From positions 1-27,912 of IMG/VR virus record IMGVR_UViG_3300038492_000245: a stretch of 27,912 bases of DNA; one strand, 5' to 3'. Below, one piece after another: positions 17,909 to 26,690 of this stretch (within the stretch, counting starts at the first letter, position 1; the number at the start of each line of letters is the position of its first letter). Position numbers and translations under genes: made by a program. The notes under the pieces were generated by a model. It was not told the origin of the DNA. It did not search any database and saw only the letters and a list, made by a program, of their open reading frames with translations. The DNA comes from a virus (taxonomy: Duplodnaviria; Caudoviricetes).

Positions 17909-18259
17909 TTATTTTTTGGTCTTTTCTCGGCCTCTTCTAGCTAATTCCTTCTCGGCTTTATCTGGAGCGCTTAAAAGCTCCTTCCCTTCTCTATAGTGAC
18001 CTCTTCGCTCTGATATAACAAGGGCTGCTGTATCAAGATGTAGAGGTTGTAGTTCTAACAGTTTCTTCGCGTGGTGGTTTAGTTTTTCTTCAATGATCTT
18101 TTGGTAGACACCAAATGCCGCACTCTTTTTAAATTCCTTTAAAGCTATTAATTCGTCGTTAGTAAGCTTTGTTGGCCACCCTTTTACTTCAGCGCCAACC
18201 TTCTTTCCTTTCATCAACGAATCTGGGTCTGATATTAAGTTGTAAAGATTATTCGACAT
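17909..18259 (-). CDS. Hypothetical helical protein following the portal
   Basis: 116 aa; a small gene in this slot is common in podovirus-like head modules. Confidence 0.7.
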   Translation of the reverse strand: MSNNLYNLISDPDSLMKGKKVGAEVKGWPTKLTNDELIALKEFKKSAAFGVYQKIIEEKLNHHAKKLLELQPLHLDTAALVISERRGHYREGKELLSAPDKAEKELARRGREKTKK

Positions 18260-18281
18260 TTGGTTATCTACTTATATAAAT

Positions 18282-20762
18282 TTACATAGGACCTGGTCCT
18301 GCCATTGGTGGTGCTCCAGCTGCTGCCATTCCACCCTCTGGAGGTGGGCCTCCTGCTTCTGGTGATGGGCCTCCCCCTGGTCCACCTGGTGGTGGTCCCT
18401 CTGGTCCTGGCATTGGCTCACCTAGAGCAGCTTTACTTTCCATTACTTTGGCTTCTACTGCTTGGTCCTTTGGCATATTATCCTGTAATAAATGTTGTCT
18501 TAGTGCTACAGTTTGTTGTTCAATCTTAGCTCGTTCTTCTTGAAGTGCTGCTAGAGCTTGTCCCATCTCTTCCAACATTCCTACCTGTATTCGTGGGTCT
18601 TGAGCTTGTGTTTGTAATTCTTCTATCTGCTTATTGAATCCTAAGATCTGTGACATCAGGACATTCATTTGGTCTAGATGTCTTCGTTTATGTCTGTTAC
18701 TCTCCCCTGGTTGCCCTGCTAGTTCAGCTGCGTTCTTAGGATCAAGAGCGATTGTTGGGTTCTCTAATGAAGCTTTGATCAATTCGAACTGGAAGTCAGC
18801 ATGAACCTCTTCTTCTTCGCTGTCGTCATCTGGGAACGCTGCAAGTATTTTATCTTTATTAACTAAGCCGAGTTCTTCAATATAACTTCTAGATAGTTCA
18901 ACAAACGCTGTATTCTGTACAAGTACCGGATTCTGGAAGATAGGCATTAGCACTGTCATTGCATCCCTTAGGTTCTGAATCTTAAGTGCTCTACTCACAG
19001 GTACGAGTGTATCCATATCTATCTGGATGTCAACGTCTCCTGTCAAGTTGAAGTATTCACCCTTAACTCCAAAATAACTATCACCTTTAATAACCTTCTC
19101 CATTAATTCACCTGTTCCATCGTCCTCAAGCTCTATTCCTTCAAGTCTAATCTTCTTGTACTCACCTTCTTTTCCTTCTGTAGTAATATCACTTACGTAT
19201 TTTTCACTATAGAACTGTCTCATAAGAGCTATGATTTGTCGGACTGATTCAACATAGCCTTCTTCTGCCCAGTTTCTTATACCCTTCTTAATCATCTTCA
19301 TTGTAGACTCAAGCGACATCATATTGTTTCTCACTGGCTCTCCAGCTTTCGGAACACTGTAAGCTATCGGGTTAATACCGAAAGCCATAATCGCATCTTC
19401 TCTTAGTGTTTCACGCATCTTGTACATCTCAAAATTACCTGCTGGTCCTTCTAGCCACCGTACATTATCCGGTGTTACTGGTCCACTCATTGCAATCTTC
19501 ATATTAGGTTCGATCATATCCCATTGACTATCGATATCTTCTGCGAACTCTGTATTGTACACAAGAGGTGGTGCTATAGATACTCTGATACTTTCAAGTC
19601 TTAGATTTCTTAAAATCTCGTCTTCTAGCTGAAGTGTTTCTAGTACATATGCTGCTCCAATTCCATAGAAGTTATGAGGAATTGGTATTAGCCTATGTCT
19701 AGTAAACGGAAGTTCCTTATGATTATATGGAAGTGGTCCATCCCTTAGTAAGATATCGTTCACTACAATAATATATCTATCTGTAAGCTTATTGTAATAT
19801 CTAATCATCTGTACTTGGCTTGGTCGCCCTCTCAGATCATCTGGACTCTGGAACAATGGTCTAGATGTTTCATCTTGATTCTGAGCATCGCCAATTGATG
19901 TGATCTTTTTAATATTCTTTCTAATAATCCATGGGTCATCGCTACCCTTTAGCTCAGCCACACAGTTATCTAAACTCGGAATAGTTCTCCAAATACAATC
20001 CATCGCTTCATAACTGTCCCCCCTTAGACATCTTGCGTCTGGATCAATAAAGAACTCTTCTAGTGGAACTGCTAAAGAACGAATATCATCAACATCTATG
20101 ATCTCTTGTTTTTCTGTTTGCGGTTTCTTTAGGTTGTCGTTCATCTCCTCTAGTTCTTCAGTTGTCTTACTTTCCAACTCATCGATTGTTGGACCACCTG
20201 TTACTATATCTACCGTTCTCTTTCTTCGAAGATAACCATTATAGGTAATAGCTGTTCCTTTCATCACCACATCCCTCATCGATACCTTTTTATATGCTTT
20301 ATATCCTTGCTTGTTTTCTAAATGCCTTAGAAGTGCTTTTAGTACAAGAACCTTACTCTTATCATCCTCCTCTGTTGGACTAAGTATTACCCCTACCTCG
20401 TTCTCTTGTGCTTCTGCCATGAAAGCTTCCACATTAGAGAATACAATAGGTGACTTTAGGTTACTTCTATTAGGCAAGTATTCATGCCACATAGACCAAA
20501 GCTTGTCATCAAGCCTCCATCTATCCGCCCAATCCCCAAATCCTGAAACATCGTTTGTATCCATCTTTGCTTGCTCACCGGACGAGTCGATAGTAGGAAA
20601 TGGACAACCTGTCCTTCTCCCCGTTTGCATCTCGTTCCATCTATTTAGAATCTCATGAACAGTGTTCATTTCTTTCTTAGAATTCCAAATATGAGGGTAA
20701 GCCTTTGCGTCTAACCCAGACGGATCAACCAACGCTGTTTTCTCTCTTTTGTTTTTACTCAT
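18282..20762 (-). CDS. Portal protein (P22-like)
   Basis: 826 aa after the terminase; EEFFIDPDA, PLPYNHKELPF, FYGIG motifs; C-terminal coiled coil and Pro/Gly tail. Confidence 0.85.
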   Translation of the reverse strand: MSKNKREKTALVDPSGLDAKAYPHIWNSKKEMNTVHEILNRWNEMQTGRRTGCPFPTIDSSGEQAKMDTNDVSGFGDWADRWRLDDKLWSMWHEYLPNRSNLKSPIVFSNVEAFMAEAQENEVGVILSPTEEDDKSKVLVLKALLRHLENKQGYKAYKKVSMRDVVMKGTAITYNGYLRRKRTVDIVTGGPTIDELESKTTEELEEMNDNLKKPQTEKQEIIDVDDIRSLAVPLEEFFIDPDARCLRGDSYEAMDCIWRTIPSLDNCVAELKGSDDPWIIRKNIKKITSIGDAQNQDETSRPLFQSPDDLRGRPSQVQMIRYYNKLTDRYIIVVNDILLRDGPLPYNHKELPFTRHRLIPIPHNFYGIGAAYVLETLQLEDEILRNLRLESIRVSIAPPLVYNTEFAEDIDSQWDMIEPNMKIAMSGPVTPDNVRWLEGPAGNFEMYKMRETLREDAIMAFGINPIAYSVPKAGEPVRNNMMSLESTMKMIKKGIRNWAEEGYVESVRQIIALMRQFYSEKYVSDITTEGKEGEYKKIRLEGIELEDDGTGELMEKVIKGDSYFGVKGEYFNLTGDVDIQIDMDTLVPVSRALKIQNLRDAMTVLMPIFQNPVLVQNTAFVELSRSYIEELGLVNKDKILAAFPDDDSEEEEVHADFQFELIKASLENPTIALDPKNAAELAGQPGESNRHKRRHLDQMNVLMSQILGFNKQIEELQTQAQDPRIQVGMLEEMGQALAALQEERAKIEQQTVALRQHLLQDNMPKDQAVEAKVMESKAALGEPMPGPEGPPPGGPGGGPSPEAGGPPPEGGMAAAGAPPMAGPGPM

Positions 20763-21451
20763 TATTTATTAGTTTCTAAAATAGCGCGCACAATGTCGAG
20801 CTTCTTCATCCCAAATGTATTTATCTCTCTTGATTTAGCAATAGCCCGTAAATTGTTTACGTCCAAATTATTTAAGTCGCTACTTACTACATCCTTTTTA
20901 GGGAGTTCTGTTACTTCTGCTGGTTTCTCTGTTTCTTCTTTTAGGTCTACGCTTCCCAGCCCAGTCTCTGGCTTTGGTAATTCGACCTCTTCTTCTCCCA
21001 CTAATTCGAGAACTCTCCCCAGTGGTCCCTGAAGTAACTGTTGAATCCATCTCTTAGGAACATCTAATTGAATTTCCTCGTCTGGTTTTAGTCTGTAGAA
21101 TCCCATGTTATGACGAGCAAATAGTCTGAATGTTTCCTCACCAAGTCCGTGTCGTTTAATCATTCGAAGTAGTTCGCTTTCTTCGTTAACTTCATGGTGT
21201 CTTTCTTCCCAATAATCTACTGGTAAGTAAGCTGATACATGAACGCTCAACGAATCAATAATTCTGTCAATCGTTGCGAACCTGTCCAAACCTGCTGGGT
21301 TTCCATTCTTGATCTTTTGAGCTGGAATAACTCTGAACTCTTTTCTTTCTGTAGCGACTGTATATAAAGTGTCAGCATCAAGCTCCTCTAACTTCTCGAT
21401 ACTATAATCTTTCTTTATATTATCTAGTCCTTTATTGCGGATAGTGTACAT
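20762..21451 (-). CDS. Hypothetical protein with a C-terminal Rho-N/HeH-like motif
   Basis: LNNLDVNNLRAIAKSREINTFGMKKLDIVRAIL after an acidic linker; likely ATG at 21451. Confidence 0.65.
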   Translation of the reverse strand: MYTIRNKGLDNIKKDYSIEKLEELDADTLYTVATERKEFRVIPAQKIKNGNPAGLDRFATIDRIIDSLSVHVSAYLPVDYWEERHHEVNEESELLRMIKRHGLGEETFRLFARHNMGFYRLKPDEEIQLDVPKRWIQQLLQGPLGRVLELVGEEEVELPKPETGLGSVDLKEETEKPAEVTELPKKDVVSSDLNNLDVNNLRAIAKSREINTFGMKKLDIVRAILETNK

Positions 21452-21472
21452 ATTTTTCACTAAAATAAAAAG

Positions 21473-21724
21473 TTAATAAATTGATGACAAAGGAGTAATT
21501 AAGCGCTTTGTCTTTAGTAGTCTGTTCTTGTTCTTATTAAATAGTTTTTCTGGCATTATGTCAATAACGTCTCTCTTAGGTATTGTGTGTTTGGTCACTT
21601 CGTTATGTGATGTCGGCTTCTCGAATATAACAAATCTATCATCCTCATCTGTGAACCCTTTCTCTTCGAATTTAACATGCTTTGTTGATTTACCTTTCTT
21701 AAAGATAATTACCATCCATTCCAT
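21473..21724 (-). CDS. Hypothetical protein, about 80 aa
   Basis: ORF track; overlaps the terL 3' end. Confidence 0.65.
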   Translation of the reverse strand: MEWMVIIFKKGKSTKHVKFEEKGFTDEDDRFVIFEKPTSHNEVTKHTIPKRDVIDIMPEKLFNKNKNRLLKTKRLITPLSSIY

Positions 21725-23066
21725 ATGGCGAACTATTAATATGTACTTTTTCTTTATCGTAGCCTGACTTCAACGCCCTATGTTTTATACTCACCGCCAC
21801 GTACCTGAAAGCATCTGATGCATGTGACGACCAATCATGTAGTGGCTTCGGTTTGAATGTCTGCCTCTTCTCGTCTTTCTCTTTCCTATAGTTTCTAAGT
21901 GCTGTCAATCCCTCCTTGGTCTTCTCTAAATCGAAGTAACATCTGCCGAACAATTCTCTTACTGCGTTAATTCCATCCTCAATTGATAGTCTTGGTACTA
22001 TGTCGAAATTAATACCTAACCTCTTTGCTACCTCTAACCTACTCTTTCCTGTTCCTAGTTCTCTAACCTTTATATCGTGTGGTGCGTAATGATATCTATA
22101 AACGTACCCTTCGTTTTCTTGCTGTGCTTTATTTTGAAGTATCCTAGCATAGAAACTAAATCCTTCACCTTCTGCTTCAAAGAAATCTATAACCCTTACT
22201 TCTGTTGCTACCTGCTGAACGAACCATATACTCGTTGCATCTCCTACTCCTATATCCCAATATGTGTCTACTGGAGTAGAAGAGTCAAATAGGTGACTTC
22301 TTATTCTACCTTCCTCCTGCATTCGTCTTATCTGTTTAGCGTAGTAAGCTCCTTCAATGTTTGGATCTTCCCAACTACCTTCTCTCCACTGTCTCTTTAA
22401 AACTTCGTCTGTTATATTATTAAGGTACACTACATAACCTGGGTCAGCGTCCATCAAATGCTTGTTATCTTCCAACTTAGCCGGTATGAATATCCTACTT
22501 CTCTTTATCCCTGTCTGTTCGTCTATTAATATTTGTGGTTCTTGTGTAGGTAGTTCGCACTGGAATCTTTCCTTTACCCAATAATGACCTGGGCCGTCTG
22601 GATTCGTTGTACAAAAGACCTGTGGCTTCAATCCCTCTACTGTGCTTCTATTACTTCCAAGTAACTTTTCGTATTGTGATTCGTATGGTATTTGTGTAAG
22701 CTCCTCAATCAATATCTTATGGTATTCATGTCCCTGGTACTTACTATATGCACTCTCATCTTTCAAATGTCCGGTTCTAATTACTGCTCCTGTAGGAAAT
22801 CGTACTTCTACTGGTTGACCAACAAAACTCGCTTTCATTGGTTTGTACATTTCTCTTGCTCTATCAATCCAATCCTTCAAGTCGTCTGCATTTCTTCTAA
22901 TAACCAATCCTCTAAATTTAGGATTACCTACATCGTATAACATCCATGCCATTCCCGCATCTGTCTTACCTCCACCTCTAGCTCCGCCGTATAGGATTTC
23001 ATTCTCTCTTCTAACTAGTGCTGCTTTTTGTCTTTCTTGAGGTTCCCAATGTTTGTCTTTGCTCAT
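21699..23066 (-). CDS. terL: Terminase large subunit
   Basis: Walker A YGGARGGGKT, Walker B ILIEELT, TTNP coupling motif, nuclease motifs WDIGVGD and HDWSSHASDAFRY. Confidence 0.95.
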   Translation of the reverse strand: MSKDKHWEPQERQKAALVRRENEILYGGARGGGKTDAGMAWMLYDVGNPKFRGLVIRRNADDLKDWIDRAREMYKPMKASFVGQPVEVRFPTGAVIRTGHLKDESAYSKYQGHEYHKILIEELTQIPYESQYEKLLGSNRSTVEGLKPQVFCTTNPDGPGHYWVKERFQCELPTQEPQILIDEQTGIKRSRIFIPAKLEDNKHLMDADPGYVVYLNNITDEVLKRQWREGSWEDPNIEGAYYAKQIRRMQEEGRIRSHLFDSSTPVDTYWDIGVGDATSIWFVQQVATEVRVIDFFEAEGEGFSFYARILQNKAQQENEGYVYRYHYAPHDIKVRELGTGKSRLEVAKRLGINFDIVPRLSIEDGINAVRELFGRCYFDLEKTKEGLTALRNYRKEKDEKRQTFKPKPLHDWSSHASDAFRYVAVSIKHRALKSGYDKEKVHINSSPYGMDGNYL

Positions 23067-23476
23067 TCTTGTTCTGGGTTACGCTCCGGAAGTACAATTA
23101 CCCCCATTTGTTCTCCATCACTAGTTACATCCATACCTTCTCTCATTCCGTGGTTTGCGCTAAGTACTAGCTTAGCAATGGTAGGGTTATATCTTCCAGC
23201 AAGTCCGTTATTAATTAATCTATCTTTCTGCTCCTGTCTAATTAGGGCCAAAGCCTTCGAAAACTCAGGGTACTCTTTTGCCCATTCGTAAACAGTTGAC
23301 GTAGCAACGCCTAGAAATGAATCAAACCCACCCTCGATTTTAGGTAGGTTAACAGTTCTATCAACAACTTTGTTTTGGGATTCGTCGTAGAGAGTATCGT
23401 CCTGACATTCTGCAAGATAGTCATGCACCATGTCCACATATTCAGGTTTGTATTTTGTAGGACGTCCTCCTGCCAT
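23063..23476 (-). CDS. terS: Terminase small subunit (P22 gp3-like)
   Basis: MAGGRPTKYKPEY start, HTH (LGVATSTVYEWAKEYPEFSKA), GLAGRYNPTIAKLVL; ATGA overlap with terL. Confidence 0.85.
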   Translation of the reverse strand: MAGGRPTKYKPEYVDMVHDYLAECQDDTLYDESQNKVVDRTVNLPKIEGGFDSFLGVATSTVYEWAKEYPEFSKALALIRQEQKDRLINNGLAGRYNPTIAKLVLSANHGMREGMDVTSDGEQMGVIVLPERNPEQE

Positions 23477-23527
23477 GTAAGAAAAGCCATGATGTAATAT
23501 CAAGGCCAGTTTGATTGCTTGGTTCAA

Positions 23528-23560
23528 ACCAGCCTACAGTCAAGCATTCTGTAGGTTGGT
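23528..23560. promoter_or_regulatory. 12-bp inverted repeat upstream of terS
   Basis: ACCAGCCTACAG-N9-CTGTAGGTTGGT, 11 of 12 pairs Watson-Crick. Confidence 0.55.
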
Positions 23561-23583
23561 CGTCGTGCAATTCAGTATATACT

Positions 23584-23589
23584 ATTATA
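23584..23589 (-). promoter_or_regulatory. Candidate -10 box of a late promoter
   Basis: TATAAT in the gap upstream of terS; no convincing -35. Confidence 0.35.
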
Positions 23590-23607
23590 CAAGTAAAGTA
23601 AATATTG

Positions 23608-24039
23608 CTAGCGCCATATAGCTTTGTCCTCTGTTGGTAATCCCTCCATCTTTCCTGCGTTTGTAAATATTTCGGTAAAAAGTTTCGCTCTCGCGTGTTC
23701 CCTTGTAGCTACTACTAGTTTGTCTGCGGAAGAGGTTCCTAACTTAACGGTTGTTCCGTTACCAAAGGTAAGTTTACTGTTGTGGTGGTGAGGACCGCAG
23801 TTGCACTTAGTACTATAGGGACTGTTACCTGATCCACAAACCGGACATACCCATCCTCTTAGAGGTCCACGTTCTTTTACTTTATCAAGATCTAATGGGC
23901 TTTGTTCTTCTCTAATCTTCTCGAATTCTCTTCGTTCGGATTCAGAGGTGTTTATACCTTTATCATAATCTCTACAAAATTCGTTAATACAATAACTAAC
24001 TTTACCCATTGTTTCACATTTATCACATTCGTACTTCAT
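23608..24039 (-). CDS. Cys-rich putative Zn-binding protein
   Basis: CDKC...CINEFC and GWVCPVCG...CNC clusters. Confidence 0.65.
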   Translation of the reverse strand: MKYECDKCETMGKVSYCINEFCRDYDKGINTSESERREFEKIREEQSPLDLDKVKERGPLRGWVCPVCGSGNSPYSTKCNCGPHHHNSKLTFGNGTTVKLGTSSADKLVVATREHARAKLFTEIFTNAGKMEGLPTEDKAIWR

Positions 24040-24446
24040 TTCTTTTTAGATCTTAATTTAGATTTTTTGTTATGGGGGTTTTGTTCTGCAAACTTATCCC
24101 AAACTTGAATAAATATTTCTTGGAATGTGTAGGTGTATGCTTCTTCACTTGATTCGTCTAGAAACATCCCCACATCGTTGAGTCGTTTAAATACAAAGTG
24201 CTGTAACTCATGTATCATTATTGCTTGAGCTTCTATAGTCCAGTCGAATATCCTTATCCAAATTATGTGTGGACTTTTCTCTGTTGGATAGTAATACCTA
24301 CCAAAACATTCGCTTAGGATATTGAATTTAGTCTTGTACTTATTCTGAACTTCTTCTAGGAACTCTTGTTCATCTCCCACGTAGATCTCTAGGGTCGTTG
24401 GAAACATTGTTGTCTTAAACTTATACTTCTTAAGGTCTTTACTCAT
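24036..24446 (-). CDS. Putative Zn-metallopeptidase-like protein
   Basis: HELQH (HExxH) with downstream EEAYTY as candidate third ligand. Confidence 0.6.
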   Translation of the reverse strand: MSKDLKKYKFKTTMFPTTLEIYVGDEQEFLEEVQNKYKTKFNILSECFGRYYYPTEKSPHIIWIRIFDWTIEAQAIMIHELQHFVFKRLNDVGMFLDESSEEAYTYTFQEIFIQVWDKFAEQNPHNKKSKLRSKKK

Positions 24447-24714
24447 TCTGATAGTTAGTATGGAAATGGTTATTTTCGCAAAAGTCTTCTACCTTCTGCA
24501 CGATTTGTTTTGATTTGAGATATGTTCTTTCTTGCATTGCTTGGTCATCTATCACTTCTTCTGGTTCTTGTAAATGTTTTATCTCCCCTACAAGGTACTC
24601 ATATAAATGAGCCGTTACCACACTGATAATAAGAGCTTTGTTTGTTGTTTTGTTTTGGTGTCTTTCCTCATCCTTCTTAGCTATAACTTTGCCAGCCATA
24701 AGTAAGTCGTTCAA
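24439..24714 (-). CDS. Hypothetical protein
   Basis: ORF track; alternative ATG start at 24699. Confidence 0.6.
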   Translation of the reverse strand: MNDLLMAGKVIAKKDEERHQNKTTNKALIISVVTAHLYEYLVGEIKHLQEPEEVIDDQAMQERTYLKSKQIVQKVEDFCENNHFHTNYQNE

Positions 24715-24729
24715 AAGTTATTTGGCAAC

Positions 24730-24915
24730 CTATGGTTCTTGGGGTGGTACCTCAATAACATCTTGTTCTGGAAGATCTTTAGCTAATTCTTCTATAGGCT
24801 CCTGTTTCACGAAGTGTTGTAGAAGTCTAGAAGATATCGCCCAAAACTGTTGCCTAAGACTATTGTCTGCATCAGAGCGTCTTACGATCTCTGTTATGTT
24901 GTTAAATTCGTGCAT
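24730..24915 (-). CDS. Hypothetical protein, 61 aa
   Basis: TAATG coupling with the upstream ORF. Confidence 0.6.
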   Translation of the reverse strand: MHEFNNITEIVRRSDADNSLRQQFWAISSRLLQHFVKQEPIEELAKDLPEQDVIEVPPQEP

Positions 24916-25127
24916 TAGAGTTCTTTTAATTCGTCCTTATATCTTTTCTTGGCTGCTCTTAATACGGTTACTAGCGAGTCCTTTTCCTCTTGTGTCATAT
25001 CAGCTACTATACTCTGGAAGTCTTCTAAGTTTTTATAAATATTATCCCTTACTCCATCTAAATTAAGGTCAATGAGTTGAAGTTTTTTGATAAGAGTAAG
25101 CGCTTCGTCTGCGTTTTTATAATCCAT
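24915..25127 (-). CDS. Hypothetical helical protein, 70 aa
   Basis: ORF track; tight packing. Confidence 0.65.
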   Translation of the reverse strand: MDYKNADEALTLIKKLQLIDLNLDGVRDNIYKNLEDFQSIVADMTQEEKDSLVTVLRAAKKRYKDELKEL

Positions 25128-25133
25128 GGGTAT

Positions 25134-25307
25134 TTATACTAATTTAAGTTCGTTTTGCCTGTCTGCCCAATCGCTTGTGGCGTTGATTAGAAATAGTTGT
25201 TTGTCTGTCCATTCTTCCAACTGATGGGTATCTGCACATTCTTTTGAACAGTATTTTCTGTGTTTATAACTCTTAGAGAATTGTGTCTTGCACTGTTTGC
25301 ATTCCAT
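25134..25307 (-). CDS. Small Zn-finger protein, 57 aa (MECKQCKTQF...KYCSKEC)
   Basis: Manually translated; CxxC...YCSxxC treble-clef pattern. Confidence 0.7.
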   Translation of the reverse strand: MECKQCKTQFSKSYKHRKYCSKECADTHQLEEWTDKQLFLINATSDWADRQNELKLV

Positions 25308-25431
25308 TTCCTAATTTATGCATAATTACGAGTTCTAAGATAACGTCCTCACCGCACTCCTCGCATATATAATGCGTCCTTCCTATCTGTTTCAAGTTTT
25401 TATTATCGTGGCCACATTCTAATTCCATCAT
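25273..25431 (-). CDS. Small Zn-ribbon protein, 52 aa (MMELECGH...YICEECGE)
   Basis: Manually translated; CxH...CxxC. Confidence 0.55.
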   Translation of the reverse strand: MMELECGHDNKNLKQIGRTHYICEECGEDVILELVIMHKLGNGMQTVQDTIL

Positions 25432-25463
25432 TTTGCCGACGTCGGTAAATAGATCAATTTTTA

Positions 25464-25535
25464 TCGCAGGTCTATGAATCGAACATAGTTAGGCTGGCTT
25501 ATGAGACCAGTGGGATTCCAAACCCCCCACCCGCT
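25464..25535 (-). tRNA. tRNA-Met(CAU), initiator-like, CCA not encoded
   Basis: Cloverleaf AGCGGGT GG GGGG TTTGGAA TCCC A CTGGT CTCATAA GCCAG CCTAA CTATG TTCGATT CATAG ACCTGCG A. Confidence 0.85.
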
Positions 25536-25552
25536 ATGTCCTCCCTAAAAAT

Positions 25553-25581
25553 ATTATACTTGATTAGGTTTATCATGTAAA
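25553..25581 (-). promoter_or_regulatory. Sigma70-type promoter for the tRNA (TTTACA-N17-TATAAT)
   Basis: 11/12 consensus match, 17-bp spacer, 17 nt upstream of the tRNA 5' end. Confidence 0.75.
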
Positions 25582-25715
25582 ACCTGTATATGCTGTAGTA
25601 GCCTGAGTTTTCTTAACAATTTAATAAAACAATTTTCTTGATACTGTTTAATGATTAGTCTGTATTCACCGGTCTTTCGTCTGCAAACTTTTAGCCTTTG
25701 TTCTACTGTCGCCAT
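25554..25715 (-). CDS. Hypothetical basic protein, 53 aa (MATVEQRLKVCRRK...)
   Basis: Manually translated; fills the gap. Confidence 0.5.
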   Translation of the reverse strand: MATVEQRLKVCRRKTGEYRLIIKQYQENCFIKLLRKLRLLQHIQVLHDKPNQV

Positions 25716-25758
25716 AGTCTTTTAAGTTAAAAGTTAATGCCCCAGTATACCAGTTATG

Positions 25759-25977
25759 TTATCGATTCTTTAGAAGTTCATAGCTTATGTTTCTATACAC
25801 TTCATTAGCAATTAACGCACTTAGACGATCTAAATCTCTGTCGTCTATAATCACTTTTTTACTATATCTTCCAAGCCAATTCTTATTCAGAATAAAATAC
25901 TCCTTAGTCTTAGTTCTCACTATGTGAGCTATTAACCCTTCAACGTCTAGGTCTGTGGTAGCTGTATAGTCTATCAT
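25759..25977 (-). CDS. Hypothetical protein, 72 aa
   Basis: ORF track; AT-rich leader. Confidence 0.65.
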   Translation of the reverse strand: MIDYTATTDLDVEGLIAHIVRTKTKEYFILNKNWLGRYSKKVIIDDRDLDRLSALIANEVYRNISYELLKNR

Positions 25978-25995
25978 TTTTTATTTTAAAATATA

Positions 25996-26193
25996 TTAGT
26001 CGGGAAATTTCCACCCGTATAATGCTGCTAATAACTTATCCTTTTTGGATTGTCTAATTACCCTTACTTCTTCCTCTAGGTCCCTTATTCTTTTTTCATA
26101 CGACATTAATACTGCATGTAAATCTCCATTTGTTATAGGTAGAGCTCCACTCGTTATGCGAGGAGTTAAGTCTTCCCCATCTATATAGTCCAT
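25996..26193 (-). CDS. Hypothetical coiled-coil protein, 65 aa
   Basis: ORF track. Confidence 0.65.
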   Translation of the reverse strand: MDYIDGEDLTPRITSGALPITNGDLHAVLMSYEKRIRDLEEEVRVIRQSKKDKLLAALYGWKFPD

Positions 26194-26199
26194 AATTAT

Positions 26200-26523
26200 T
26201 TATTCTTCAAACTTAAATTCTTCCACTGTTCCGTTGGGGTTGAATCTATAGACTTTTTCCATCTCTAGTATTTTGTCTATCTTTTCCTCAGACAACCACA
26301 TCGCCTCTTTAAAGTTTCTGGGTTCTTCTGTTTTGTCATTATTTTTTTGCTCGAGACTTTCAATGCAGTTTATGAGGTATCCAATTTTTTTATCTTTAAA
26401 GTCCAAAGTGTGTCGAAGTTCCCTAATTTCATCATCCCTATAAGTAAGGATTTTTAACATTATATGCATTCCTAATAGACAAGAAAGGAAAACTAATAAG
26501 GTATTCATTATGATTTCTTCCAT
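26200..26523 (-). CDS. Membrane-anchored hypothetical protein
   Basis: N-terminal hydrophobic helix LLVFLSCLLGMHIMLKIL followed by a coiled coil; GGAGG upstream. Confidence 0.7.
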   Translation of the reverse strand: MEEIIMNTLLVFLSCLLGMHIMLKILTYRDDEIRELRHTLDFKDKKIGYLINCIESLEQKNNDKTEEPRNFKEAMWLSEEKIDKILEMEKVYRFNPNGTVEEFKFEE

Positions 26524-26525
26524 AA

Positions 26526-26690
26526 CTACTCCCTCCCATCAGATGTCCACGCATAGTATGCGGCAAAACCAAAACAAACAAACGCTATTATTAGCCAACC
26601 GTCGGCATTCGGATTACCCATCGCTCTAAGTGTATAGTATATATTTATATTTAAGAGTGCATATATAATCGCTATGTATTGTTTACCCAT
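26526..26690 (-). CDS. Small two-TM membrane protein, 54 aa (MGKQYIAIIYALLNINIYY...WLIIAFVCFGFAAYYAW)
   Basis: Manually translated; TAATG coupling to the upstream gene. Confidence 0.7.
   Translation of the reverse strand: MGKQYIAIIYALLNINIYYTLRAMGNPNADGWLIIAFVCFGFAAYYAWTSDGRE

Noticed and set aside
23477-23527. Extended TTG-start N-terminus of terS given by the ORF track
   Set aside because: MAGGRPTKY at ATG 23476 is the typical TerS N-terminus; the extension looks like leader sequence
25400-25463. tRNA-associated HDV-like (theta) ribozyme at the tRNA 3' end
   Set aside because: The trailer is AT-rich with only a simple palindrome; no nested double pseudoknot could be built
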